Shown in pieces: positions 24,301 to 36,848 of a DNA stretch of 64,000 nt (position 1 is the first letter of the stretch; each line of letters begins with the position of its first letter). The notes below the pieces were generated by a model. That model was not told the DNA's origin. It searched no databases and saw nothing but the letters and a program-made list of their open reading frames with translations. The DNA is from Cenococcum geophilum (taxonomy: Eukaryota). Location of the stretch: contig CP158635.1 in the NCBI GenBank assembly GCA_050273025.1, forward strand, positions 20,274,001-20,338,000. The letters run 5' to 3'. The position numbers and the translations under genes were made by a program.

Positions 24301-26124
24301 AGGTTTATATACTCCTAGTAAGCTACCTTTATTACCTTATTATTATTAAATATTTCGCCTATATTAAATTTATTATCCTTAATATCTAATCTATAAACTA
24401 GTTTATTAGTTCCTCTAAATTTTAATAATTTTAGCTTTTATAGCTAATAGCTTACGCTATACTTAGCGTCTTTATAAATTTAGTATATGTTATTATAATA
24501 AAACGTAAAACCCTTAATTAAATATTCTTTTGTTCCTTATAGTATACTATTATCCCTATATATATATATATATCTTCTACTAGTCTTATTTCTTTTACTA
24601 TATAGTAACTCTAACTACTTTTATAGTCTTTAATATAATAACCCTATTTTTTATAATTTATATAAGCTCCTTCTTTAAACTATTTTTTTTGCTATAGAGT
24701 CCGCCTAAACATCTTTTACTACTAAAATCCCTAGTTTAGCCTTTGCTCTTTAGACCTTTAATTACTTAATCTTTATCCTCTAGGTTTCTATAGTTGTTTA
24801 TTCTATTTTTAGTTTTCTTTAATACTACTTAGGTTTATTGGCTTTACGCTATACTATAGTTTCTAACTTTAACTTTACTAATGCGTGCTTTACGCCTTAT
24901 ATAACTATAGAACTCTATCCTAACCCTTCTTAGTCTGCTCTCTTTAGTAGATTCTATTATTAATCTTAATTGCTTAATTAATTAAATCCCTAAGAGTATC
25001 CATATCTTCTATTAGGATAATTATATCCTAAACTTTCGCTTTAAGTCCCTGTTTATACTATACCATAAGTGCCTTATTATTTTATTTAACTTATATTGCT
25101 AATATTTAAAACTATATTATATACTTAATTACTAAAGTTCTTTATACTAGGTTTTAAAGCTTTCTTTCTACCGTAGTAGTTACTTCTAGGTTTCTAAATA
25201 TCTATATTAAGCGTTTTACGAACCCGTTCTAACTTAAGAATATATACTATACCTCTTAGTTAATAGTTATTATACCATATTCCTATACTTCCGTAAGGTA
25301 AGGCTTAAACCACTTAAGTACTCTCCCTATTAAGAATAATCCTGCGTAAGTGACTTAATCTATAGGCGTTCCTAGTTTAACTCCTTTCTATATAACCTTA
25401 AAGTATATTTATATAAGGAATCCCTTAAGCTTTAACTTCTCTCCTGAAAATCGCTTAATTAAGGATAACTTAACCTTAGCTGCTCTAATGCCATTAATCC
25501 TTTCTTTAAATATCCTGTTATTATCTGTTAATTAATTAACTATTTCCTATAGCTATCCAACAGTAACTAGTTATAAGTTAGTATTTATTATACTAGTATT
25601 ATTACCTAATCCCAAGGTAGTTACTACTATAGACGTTATCGTAGCTACTGCTTTTAGTAGCATGTTATTTAACTTTATTAATACTATAACCTTAGTAGTA
25701 AATATATAACAAAGCCTTATAGCAAGAACTATAGTAGACTTATTAATAGGCTAGGTATATAGGTAAATAAGAAGTTAATAACGTAGTAATAACTAGTAGA
25801 GTAGTTACCTAACAGATTAACTCTAATTATATTCTAAGATTTACTATAAAGAGAAGAACTATCTAGGTAGGGACTATAGTCCTTTAAATACACAACCGCG
25901 CCCCTAAGAAATCCTCTTTATACGTAATATACGCCTTATACATAAAGTATATAAGTTCCTCTTGTCCCTCTTATTTAATACATAGCACGTTATATAACCT
26001 TAGCTACTATTCCTTATTACATAGTTCTATCGGCTCTATCTTAGACTATACCTTAATTAACTAACTAGCGGCTTCCAACTCCTCTCTTAGTAGTCGTAAC
26101 ATTGTACTTAAAGCGTCCGTAATA
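18381..26124 (-). mobile_element. Full-length RIP-degraded chromodomain Ty3/Gypsy element A1 (LTRs 18381-18773 and 25705-26124)
   Basis: 5-bp TSD cccaa on both sides. Gag ATG at ~25663; protease, RT, RNaseH, integrase and chromodomain relics on the minus strand; PPT adjacent to the left LTR. Confidence 0.93.
18882..19450 (+). pseudogene. Antisense accessory gene relic of Gypsy A1: Zn(II)2Cys6-like cluster, intron 19111-19165, coiled coil
   Basis: Reads CSYC-x6-(TAC)-x13-(TAT)LKC-x8-(TAT). The 55-nt intron sits at the same position as in the other two copies. The 3' end is uncertain and overlaps the pol chromodomain end. Confidence 0.72.
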
Positions 26125-27306
26125 CCCAAGTAAGGGTTAAAATAACGCTTATATTACCCCCCCCCTTTATTAGGGCTAGCCCCTAGCCCATATACCCAAA
26201 TAAATTAATTCTATATATAAAAGGTAAGTAGTGCTAAAGCCTTACTTATATAGGGAAATAGGAAATAGGGAGCTAAGCAGCCTTAATAAAAACCTTAACC
26301 TATAACCAAAACCCAGTAGGAAAAAAGGTCTTATTTAGGTAGGAAAAGAGCGTCTATTAATAGGGTAAGACTTAATTATATATAATTAGTCTTGGAGATA
26401 ATCGCCTGCGATTAAGTCTTAACAGCTCTATAGCTAATAGCCGTAAAAATATCCCTTATATTACCCCCCCCCCTTTTATAGTTAGCCCCACTATTACCTT
26501 ATAGTAGAGGGAGATTATAAAGGGCTTATCCTAGAAGGGGTTTAGAAGAATATTGGCATTTAACCACAATAGGGTCTTATAAGCTAAGCTATAGCTTTTA
26601 AAGTAAGCTAGAGCTCTTAGAGTAACTAAAACTCTTAAAGCAACTAAAGCTTTATAGAGATAATTACGTAGGATCTTTAAGCTAAAGCTCTTAGGGTAAG
26701 CCGTAGTCTATAAAACTATATAGGATCTTTAAGCCAAAGCTTAAGGTAAGCCGTAGCTCTAAGAGACAACCGCCTACGGTTAAGTCTTAGTAGCCCCTAG
26801 GCTAACAGCTAAAGAGTCTCTAAATTAGGCTATAGCCCTTAAATAAGCCGTAGCTCTAAGGCAAGGCATATCTCTAAGAGATAATCGCCTGTAATTAAGT
26901 TTTAATAGCCCTATAACTAATAACTGGAAAGTCTTTAGGTTAGACCCTAGCCCTTAAATAAGCCATAGCTCTAAAGCAAGCTATAGCTCTAAAAGATAAT
27001 TGCCTGCAATTAGGTCTTGGCAGCTCTATAGCTAATAGCTAGAAAGTCTTTAGGTTAGGCCCTAACCCTTAAGCGATTGTAAATAATCTAAGAGTTATAG
27101 CTTTTAAAGTAAGCAGTAGCTTATAAGACTACCTACAATTTTAAAGCCGAAGCTCTTTATATCTCTTTAAGGACGTTTAACCTTTTAAGCTCTATTAATA
27201 GGACTTCTATAACAAGCAAACCGCGCTTAGCCTAAAGAGCGTTATTAATCTCCTTAGAAGATAATCGCGTCTAATTTAGTCTCCCTTTTCTAATCTATAT
27301 TCTATA

Positions 27307-29152
27307 ACGTGATCGGTAAGTATCCTGGCCACGCAAGTATCCTGGCCACCCCACCAAAAATCGCGAAATACGTGACGCGTTACTCAACTACCACCTTAAT
27401 GGCCACGCCACGATAACAAGAAGCCCTTTTTTAAGAAGGTAGACTTGATCTAGCTATCCAAGCCTATAAGTAGGGCCAATTCTCAAGTTTCCGAGCCGCC
27501 ACTAGCACGTACAATGTGCCCCGGAGCACTGCCTAGCTACGCGTTAAAGGCATCAAACCAAAACGCGATTCTGTTGGACCAAATCGCCGTCTTACACCAG
27601 CACAAGAAGAGAGTCTTAAGCAGTGGATTCTATCAATGGATTAACGCGGTATGCCACCTAGGATTGCTACCGTACGGCAGATGGCTAGTCTCCTAGCTAC
27701 CCAGTATACCAGATCAGCTACCCTACAACTAGTCGGTGAAAAATAGGCATACAATTTTATTAAGCGCCATAACGACCTATAGTCTAAATATAATCGCAAG
27801 TACGACTACCAGCGTGCTAAATGCGAGGATCCTATACTTATTCGGGCCTAGTTTAAACGCGTTTAAGACATAAAGATAGAATATAGAATTCTCAACAAAG
27901 ACACCTAGAATTTTAACGAGACTGGCTTCCAAATGGGTGTTATTGCAACCGTAAAAGTTGTTACTAAAACCGACCGTGCTGGCCGTCCTAGAACAGTATA
28001 GCCAGGCAATCGAAAATGGGTCACAATTATTAAAGCTATTAATGCCCTAGGGGTTGCAATTCCATTACTCGTTATCTTTAAGGCAATAATACACCAGGCT
28101 GCCTGGTATAAGGACAATATTATACCACACAACTGGTCAATTGGTGTTAGTAATAACGGCTAGACGACAAATAAGATTGGCCTAACCTGGCTAATGGAGG
28201 TCTTTGATAAGCATACAAAGGTTCGCACAGTTGGCACGCATCGGCTACTAGTACTAGATGGCCATAATAGCCACGTATCGCCTGAATTTGATCGGTTCTG
28301 CCTGGATCATTAAATAGTCGTCCTCTGTATGCCAGCGCATTCGTCCCATCTACTACAGCCGCTAGATGTAGGCTGTTTCTTGGTCCTTAAGCAATTGTAC
28401 AGAAGCCTCGTTTAACAGATCATAGGCCGCGGTATTAATTACATTAATAAACGCGAATTTCTGCCACTATATAGGCAGGCTAGGTAAACAGCACTACATC
28501 AGAACAATATATAGGCAGGATTCGCTGCTACTGGCCTAGTTCCATATAGCCCTAATCGCGTATTAGCATAGCTGCACACCAAATATCGGATGCCGTTACC
28601 CTAATGTCTGCAATTAAATGCATCCTGGATAGCTGAGACACCCCATAATATTACTGAACTATAACAGCAGACGGCCCTGCTAAAGCGTTATCTTAAACAG
28701 CGTACGCATAGCCCACTAAGTCCAGCAGGATAAGCCCTTAGCCAGCTTGTTAAGGGGTGCGAAATGGCGATGTCAAGCGCTGTACTACTTGCAAGCGAAA
28801 ATGAGAAGCTACGTATGGAGAACCGGCGCCAAAAAAAGAAAAAGGCACAGCGGCGCACGTATATAGCTAGGGGAGGTGTTCTATCAGGAGCAGAAGGGGC
28901 TTCTCGGGCACAAGCTGCCCAGGAGGGGGCAGCAGAGGCAGTGGCTGAGCGACCGCAACGGGTAATGCGCAAGTGTAGCATGTGCAAATTAACAGAACAT
29001 AATGCACGTACGTGCCCTAGACGTCAAATAAATAGCCAGTAGATAGCTACACTAAATACAATTGTTCGTTGTTGAGTAACGCGTCACGTATTTCGCGATT
29101 TTTGGTAGGGTGGCTAGGATACTTGCGTGGCCAGGATACTTACCGATTACGT
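27307..29152 (+). mobile_element. Fot1/pogo DNA transposon, lightly RIPed transposase 27399-29042
   Basis: ~80-bp TIRs (acgtgatcggtaagtatcctggcc...), TA TSD. Motifs NF(D)ETGFQMG, LVLDGH.SH, HSSHLLQPLDVGCF and C-terminal CSMC...HNARTC. Confidence 0.95.
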
Positions 29153-29274
29153 TAACCGTTATTAATAAACACGATCCTAGATATCTGCTAGTATACCTAC
29201 TTATTATAGTAAACTAATTAGCCTAGGTAAGAGGGAAAGGATTAAGATTTTCTTTTTTTCTTTTAATTTATATC

Positions 29275-29680
29275 TACTACTATAAGCGGATGCGATTTGC
29301 TAAATAGTATATAGGATTTAATAGGAGGACCCTAAAGAATACGCCCTATTTTAGCCCCTTAACGACTAAATACCCCCTACCTAGCTATAGACGACATACT
29401 AGCAAATTATTAAACGCTCTTACTATTCCCTTTAGATCTGCTAATATACCTAGGAAGTATAGTATGTAAGGTAGACTAAAAGATATAAAGATATTTTAGC
29501 TGAGCGGAGGCGGAGCGCGTAAGACTAGCTAAAAGGAAATACTAAGGTTTTCCCCCCTATAGGGCTTTTCCTATATAGGTAGCAGCCTATATAGGTCTAA
29601 AAATAGACCAAATCGGGTAATAAATAGAATTAATAATACTTATAATATAATAGATATAAAAATAAAAATAAAAATAAAAG
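29275..29680 (+). mobile_element. 5'-truncated LINE 3' end with (AATAA)n tail
   Basis: Similar to 33180-33515, including the aaatcggg(c/t)aataaata terminus. Tail at 29657-29679. Confidence 0.55.
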
Positions 29681-30553
29681 TTTAATATTTAGTAATATTA
29701 TATAAGAATATTAGTATATAGTAGTGTATAGGGAGACTCTATAGTGGAGTCGTTATAAAGAACGAATCTATATACTAGTAGGGCTATTATAAAATAACAG
29801 GAAGCTGTAACAAATGCCCGCCCCTCTATTAATAAGTCAATTTAATCTTATACAGAGTTACTTAATAAATTTAAAATGTATACGTATTGCAAGAGATTTA
29901 AGAGTTATTTACCAAGCCTCTAGACCGTATTTCTACTACCTTAAGCTCTAAAAACATTTATGTTTAATAATTTCCAGTACTAAATAAATCGTATTGATTG
30001 AATATTGAATGTTAATATTCAATATTTTAATAAGTGTAATTAGTATTAAATATTGATAGGACGTAACAAAATAGTTAAGAGACGTCTTTACAAGAGTCGA
30101 TCATCTCTAAACCCAAAAAGGGAGTATTTTATCTTAAAAAAAAGTACTATTTTAATAGTCATGACCAAGTGAACACAATTCTCTGATGTACCTTTTTCTT
30201 AGTTGCTGTGTGATGACGGGTATTGTTGACTGACCCACGAAGCAACTCGCGATATTAATAAAAAAAGCCACCATTTCTGCTTCAATTTCCGTTTCAACTT
30301 TCCATTACCGTCGAAGTCTTATCCGTCGTGAATGTACCTGTGGTGTCTCCAAGCGGTGTTGCACTCGAAGCTGGTCATTCTGGAATGGCTTAACAGGCGA
30401 CAAATGCCGACGACTACACCGGAGATTTGCATTCTTTTTGTATCCGAAATACTCCCCTCGTGAAGAAGTATATAATAGCTATATAATAACAATTTTTTTC
30501 TTTCCTCGAAATATCTATGAAATCTTGATCAGTATTTCCAGTGAATTCTTTAT

Positions 30554-30639
30554 GGTTGTGTAGTGTAGTGGTTAGCACTCGGGATTTTGATTTCATATTG
30601 AAATTTCCCGCGACCCCGGTTCGATCCCGGGCACGACCT
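30554..30639 (+). tRNA. tRNA-Gln (anticodon TTG) with a 14-nt intron (30591-30604)
   Basis: Acceptor stem GGTTGTG/CACGACC, D-arm, anticodon stem CGGGA/TCCCG with TTG at 30587-89, T-arm CCCGG-TTCGATC-CCGGG, and a T-run terminator at 30651-55. Confidence 0.95.
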
Positions 30640-31177
30640 TAGCATCTTGCTTTTTGCCCCTTTGCTACACCCAAAATACCTATCATGCAGTATTGTGCTT
30701 CTAGCAAAACCGTCTGTAACGTTGCTTATGGGGGACGGGTTTCAAGGTACCCAAACTTCGTCTGTGTCCTCCCGCTCGAAGTTTTAATGTTGGAAACCGT
30801 TATAACCCGCATACAGTGTCTGCAGATAGATACTCAATTATACGCGCTCTATTTTTAATTCCTGTACCTTCGCGAAAGGACACTCGTTTTACAATGGCAA
30901 CCACAACTCCGAAGCGGAAGCCTTCAAGGTGATGAGATGCATTTCTTTGCCGCGTAAAATATACGGCAAGTTCGTATGGACTCGCCCTCGCAATTTTAGC
31001 GTCTCCTTCACTTAAGAGCTACGAATAAATCAAATTATACAATTATATCCTAACTCTAAGTCTGCTAGAACATTTATCTGTGTTCTGGAAATGAAGAATA
31101 CGCCAGTGTGGCCATACTGGTCATAACGTAACGCTAAAACTAGGGTATTTTGCTTATAAACTCAAGTGCCGTCTAAC

Positions 31178-31376
31178 CAGTGCTTTTATCAATATTTAAT
31201 ACTTATTGATAAGGACTTAGTATTTTTTAATAACACTATAACAACATATTATTGAATTAAATATAAATTAAAAAGCGTTTAAATATTTATATTATTATTC
31301 CATAATATGTTATAATAGTGTTATTTAAAAATACTAAATCCTTATCAATAAGTGTTAAATATTAATAAAAGCACTA
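31178..31376. mobile_element. hAT-type MITE (199 bp) with ~75-bp inverted ends
   Basis: cagtgcttttatcaatattt... / ...aaatattaataaaagcacta, with an 8-bp TSD cgtctaac/cgtctagc. Confidence 0.85.
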
Positions 31377-32197
31377 CGTCTAGCTGCTTTTATATTCTGC
31401 GCACCTAATATATCTACTTACCCCCCCCCCCCCTAGGGTCGCTCTTATTGCCCTTAGAAGTATCTTATAATATAAGTATATATGCTTTATCTTTGGACTA
31501 CAGTGATAAGTTATAAAAAGGTTAAAATGGCTTTAGGCTACTATAAATTAGCCTTATTACGGATATACCAATTATCTTATATATGGGACAGTATATCTAT
31601 ATAGGGCTAACTCGCAATCTATTTAGAGGTACAATTAGATCTAACTCTAGACCGTATATAGTCCCTAAAACTTACTAGCAAGCTTTAAGACGTATTTTAT
31701 CGGCGTATTATTACCTAGTTATAATCGTCTTTATACACGGGCTCTTATTAGGATTAGCTGTTAAAGCTAATATAAAGGGACTAAGATATAAGTCAAGCCG
31801 GGGCTTCTAGTATAAAGGGTAGTTTAAGTAGTAAGATGCTTGTATAGGGCTAGTAGGGAGGTAATGCTAGCATAGTACTAGAATATAGAACTAAACGTAG
31901 CAACCTCGCGTAGAGGTGGTAACTGTCGCTGTTATGGCGTTAAGCTGCCTTAATGATTTTTACTACTTTATATACGGTCCCACCTTTCGTATACTTTTTT
32001 CTTCTATTATAGTAATATTAAACACCTTAGTTATTTTAGTTTATTTCTTATTATATATATAGAAGGAGCTTAGTTTTTAATCTTATTTTACTTTCCATTT
32101 ATTTATTAACCTCTATAATATAACTTATCCTATTTCTTTTTTCTTTATAATACTTAATTAAGTATTTTCTTTTTTAGTATTAGGCTTTGCCTTTCTA

Positions 32198-32336
32198 TCC
32201 CTTCGACCGTTAGCGTCCCACCTTATCGATAAGATAATGGGTCCGTGCATATAATATAAAAAGTTCGTCAATCTAGGGTTTCTTATGGGCTAAAATCTTA
32301 TCGATAACGTTGGACATAACTTAATGGTCGAAGGGA
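32198..32336. mobile_element. Tc1/mariner-type MITE (139 bp), 'TCCCTT' family
   Basis: TIR tcccttcgaccgtta / taatggtcgaaggga, TA TSD, internal cttatcgataa palindrome. Confidence 0.85.
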
Positions 32337-32508
32337 TACTACCTTAACAGCTATTAATATAAATATTTAAATATTTATAACTTACTATATTATAAAGCCT
32401 AATATAGCTTTTTTATAATTTTTTTTATCTAAATAAAGTATATTAAAGCGTTATATAAGTATTAAATTAAAGTAATTAATAAGCTAATTTTTATAAATAT
32501 ATAATTTT

Positions 32509-33910
32509 GGCTATTAAAATTGGACTTTATACCTATATAAGGGAACGGCTATAAACCTACTAGTCTTTAGAATTAGTAAGGATGGTATAAAAACATTATA
32601 TAGCGTATAGGTAGGAGCTAATATAGGAGTGTAAGGGGACTTTATAGATAGGGGGCTATAAGGCACGATTATAGGAATAGAATAGATTAGTAAGAGAGAC
32701 AAATCCTTAAGGAGGTAAGGCCTTTAGGATTGTAGAGACTATATACTATAAGTATATACCTTTAGTACGTAACTAGTAACTATCTAAGAGGCGCCTAGGG
32801 GTTGTCCTAAGGGTAACCTAAGGTAACTACAATAATATCCCTTATAGGGAGGGTATGACTACTCTTAGATAGGAAAGTTACAGTGCTGCCTATCTGTCTA
32901 TCTATCTATCCGTTAGTCGGTTAGTTGGTCGGTTAGTTAGTTATAATTAATTAGTAAAAAAAGAAGAAAAGAGTGTATTCCTATAGGTTTATAATATCTA
33001 AAAAGGAGGGAAGCTAAAGGCTCTATAAATATAGGAAAATGCTAAGGTACTAGGCGTAAGCCATTTTACCCTACTATACTAATAGTGGTTATTAAATGTT
33101 ATAGGATAGTAAGATTTTAAAACTACTACTATACCTTCTACCCTAGGTACCTATATAATCCTTATAGATAGGAGATAGACTAGATAGTATATAAGATCTA
33201 ATTAGAGGATATAAGAGGATACGCCCCTTTCTAGACCCTTAGGGACTAGACACCCCCGCCGAGCTAAAGGCAGTATATAGGTAAATTACTAAACCTTCCT
33301 ATTACCTCCTAGACCTTTTAAGATACCTTAAAAGTATAATATAAAAGATAGATATATTATAAAGGTAAATAGGCTAGGTAAAGGTAAAGCGCGTAAGACT
33401 AGCTAGAAGGTTATATTAAGGTTTTTCCCTACTAGGGAATTTTCCTATAAATAGAGAGTAGAAGCTTATATGGACCTAGAAAAGGGGCTAAATCGGGCAA
33501 TAAATACAACAAATAATAATAGATACGAGATAGATATTAATTAAAACGCCCTCTAATCTCTAATTAAAACTATTAATAGTACTTTATAATTAATAGATAA
33601 GTAAACAAATATACCCTTTCCTAACCCCTAGGGCAATCGCCCGCGGCAGTATATAGTTACTCGCTGTCTATACCGTATTCTACCTAGTAGCGTAGATAAT
33701 AACCCCCTAGAGTTTGCCCTATCTCTTCCCTATAGACTAGTTACGCCTAAAGAGGGCCTAGTAACTAGGGCTTAGGTATAAAAAATACCTAAAGTATATC
33801 TATATCCCGTTCGCCTTTTAGTATTATAGTTAAGAGGAGGGGGATATATAGGGGATGGTTAAAATATAAAGAAACTATAAATAAGTATATGTTATTATTT
33901 ATTTATTACT
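32509..33910 (+). mobile_element. Diverged, heavily RIPed relative of the 6620-7640 ribozyme-headed element, with a nested solo LTR and a LINE 3' segment (~33000-33515)
   Basis: 32509-32605 aligns with 6620-6720, and 33540-33890 aligns with 6880-7325. No TSD was found. Confidence 0.65.
32630..32846. repeat. Solo LTR (family H)
   Basis: TGTAAGGG...CCCTTATA with TSD aggag/gggag; second copy at 35438-35637. Confidence 0.8.
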
Positions 33911-35637
33911 TAACATCTAGTTTAGATCCTTATTAGGCCTACGCGGACTATACCTCAAATATATATAGGGAGAAAACTCTATAAGAAAACCCGTATTTTA
34001 TCTCTTTACCTTTTAGCCCTATCTATATAGCGCCTATAGGTGGCCTATAATTATCTATATCCTTACTATTAATCTCCCTAGTAACTGTTGCTGCCGTAAT
34101 AAGCTTACGGACGTGTTAGTATTTTAAATTTTGCTTTCCTACTATAGAGTCTCTAGGGAGTACCTATTCCCCCCTTACCTTTCTTTACTATTTTCTTTAT
34201 AACCTAAAACTAGTTTAGGATATTCTAGCTAATAAGCTACTAGGTAACCGCCTTAAGGCCTTGTTATATTAAGAGTATTATATTATAGTCCTCTATACTA
34301 GCTACTGGCAGTATTACCTCTTAACTAGTACGTAAGGAGTATACAAGAATTACATACTTTAGTATTTATCTTAACTAGCCGTACTTATACCTAGGGTTAC
34401 TTACTAAAACTCCTATTCTATAGAGCTAGTCTTTTAGTGCTATTACTCCTATCTTTAGTAGTATTACTATTATATTTTCTACCTTTATTAGCACTTAATA
34501 GAGTCCTTAGGCGTTTATCCTCTATAGTATTTACTATATTACAGCTTACTTTCTTTTCGCTTATCTTATTCTTATCCGCGTTAGCCTTTTATATATTTCC
34601 TTTACTTCTATATACGGGCCTAGGCTTTAGTACGGCGCTATTCCTTTTCTACTTTTCTTACTTACTTTACTAGTACTTTCTTCTCTGCTCTAGGATTGCT
34701 AAGGAGATCTTCCTTAGAGTCTTTCTATAACCGACTTAGGTATATCTTAGTATACTTTAAAACGTTATAGTCACGCTTCTTTAACACACTTTATATTATA
34801 GTAGCTTAGATATATACCAATAAGGGAGGTATATTCGTTTCTTTCTTAAGTAGTACTATATCTATTCGCTTATACCCACCTATTACTCTTTAAAGGTAGG
34901 CTACTTAGACCTTCTAAAGTAGCTTAAGAAGCAATATAGAGGGGCCCTTTTTAGTTTCTCTAAAATCCTAGATACTAGAGCCGTATATTATAGTTATGGC
35001 CTTTAAAAGTATAGGCTTTATATAGAGTTATATTATACCATATAGACGCACCTGCCGTAACCGGCTTAGCGTAGGCGAGGCGCCTATATTACGCAGTCGC
35101 CCCGCATAGAAGAACTATAGAATTTAGTCTTCTACTTTTTATCAGATACCTCTTACAGTTTATTACTGTTATTACGTTCCTATATACCCTTAGGGCCTTA
35201 GCGCCCTAACAAGTTAATAATCCTAGATAATACGCTAAACTATATCTAGCTCCTATAAGCCGCTTACTTTATATATACGCTTTACCAAAGCTTATTATCT
35301 ACCTATACTAAATACCCTTAGCCCTTAAACTAGAGCCTTAGATATAGATTAGTTACATTTTCTTATAAAATAAAATAGTTAGTATTTCTGTTACAGATCT
35401 TATACTATAGTGGTATAGATCGTTTTTTAGTTTATTTTATAAGGGGACTCTATAAATAGGGGGCTATAAGGCACAATTATAGGAATAGTTAAATTGTAGA
35501 GGAAATAAATCCTTAAGGAGGTAAGACGTCTAGGATTGTAAAGACTATATACTATAGGCACGTACCTCTGGTATATAACTAGTAATTATTTAAGAGATAT
35601 CTAGGAGTTGTTTTAAGGGTAACCTAAGGTAACCGCA
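33910..35637 (-). mobile_element. Remnant of a family-H LTR element (LTR 35438-35637 cut by element C2, plus degraded gag-like internal region)
   Basis: LTR similarity to 32630-32846 and a lysine/glutamate-rich RIPed reading frame on the minus strand. Domain identity is not certain. Confidence 0.45.
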
Positions 35638-36545
35638 TATAAGGGTTATTTTAACCCCTACTTAAGTGCACACCTAGAAGCTCTTAGGGGCTATTAAGGC
35701 TAGCCTTTAGCTAGCCCTTAGCACCTCCTTATAAGCTCCTTAGGTTTATAGCCCTCCTATTCTCCTTATTAGTTTATCTCCGCATAAGGCTATTGCCTAC
35801 CCTTATTACTATATCGTCCTTTTCCATTAACTCCACCTATAACTTATACTTAGCTTACCTACTCCCTACTATATACCTAGGTAATATACCTTATATTTAA
35901 ACCAATTCTATACCCTTATAGATAGTAGCTTGTAGTAAGCTAAGGGCTTTGCCCTTAAGTAATTTTATAATTCTCTATTTTTTACCTAAGATAACCGCGT
36001 ATACTATAGAGTAGGTATACTAGTAGACGCCTAGTAGATTATATCTATATAACAGTATTAGAATATAAATTAGGTCCTTTACCTCCCTAAAATAATCGCG
36101 TATACTATAGAGGAACTACATTAATAAGACGTCTAGTAGATTGTATCCGTATATAATAGTTAAATAGATACGAATTAGAAGAAGAAAAAAAGGAGATAGT
36201 AGCTACCTAGCTAAGGGTTAGGGGCTATCTAGATTGTACGCAATTATCTCCTAAGGCGATTGGTATACCTATATACAATTAGCAGTATAGCGGTACAGCT
36301 CTACCCTAATAGCAACCTAAAGGTAATTTAATTATTATCTAAAGGCTTTCTAGTAGGAGTTAAGGGGGATTATATGCAATTAAGCTTGTAATACTTTATA
36401 GGCTAACTACGGTTTACTATATAGAGCAGTACCACTAATAGAGCTTAGAAGGTTAAACGTCCTTAAAGAGATATAGCTACCCTAAAGGCTATCCAATTAC
36501 TATTTAATAGCTATTTAAAGAACTAACGGCTAGCTTCTAAAGCTA

Positions 36546-36848
36546 TCCCTTGACCCGTTAGGGCGAGCAAAGTAAAAGGCCCGTACGCGAACACCAGAAC
36601 CAGAACAACGCGTAGAATTAAACTATTAAATATACCACTACCATGCCCCCCAATCACGCCATAATTAATGTAGATCTTGTTCAGAAGACTTAGTATAAGA
36701 TTCCCCTAAATAAGACGGCGAAAAAAACCCCTAAAAGCCTTGGCCACTCCCCAAATTGTATATTCTTAAGCACGGCTACCAAATCCTACCGATCTGATTG
36801 GTGGACTCTTATCGATAACCTACGTGCCTAAGTTGACGGATTAAGGGA
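36546..36848. mobile_element. Tc1/mariner-type MITE or deletion derivative (303 bp), 'TCCCTT' family
   Basis: TIR tcccttgacccgttag / ttgacggattaaggga, TA TSD, cttatcgataa near the right end. Confidence 0.8.

Larger units (their letters stand above)
16029..29245 (-). mobile_element. Non-coding LTR element C1: 3' LTR 16029-26153 (interrupted by a LINE derivative and Gypsy A1); repetitive internal region 26154-29245 (interrupted by Fot1)
   Basis: The LTR pieces reassemble into the reverse complement of LTR 35638-35895. A C-tract (PPT) lies at 26157-26165. The internal tandem repeats match 36440-36480 and 47360-47640 in reverse. Confidence 0.7.

Noticed and set aside
26580..27170. Repeat arrays resembling CRISPR
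   Set aside because: Degenerate tandem repeats without unique spacers, in eukaryotic LTR-element DNA.
28764..29042. 92-aa ORF with CCHC motif as a stand-alone gene
   Set aside because: It is the in-frame C-terminus of the RIPed Fot1 transposase.
29685..30060. Right arm of the hAT element starting at 14977
   Set aside because: A weak dimerisation-domain-like relic and ATTGA repeats are present, but no matching TIR or 8-bp TSD could be found.
31870..31950. Possible HDV-like ribozyme on the minus strand (GGCAGCT.../GGTTGCT)
   Set aside because: A P1-like pairing exists, but P3/L3, P2 and J4/2 cannot be built.
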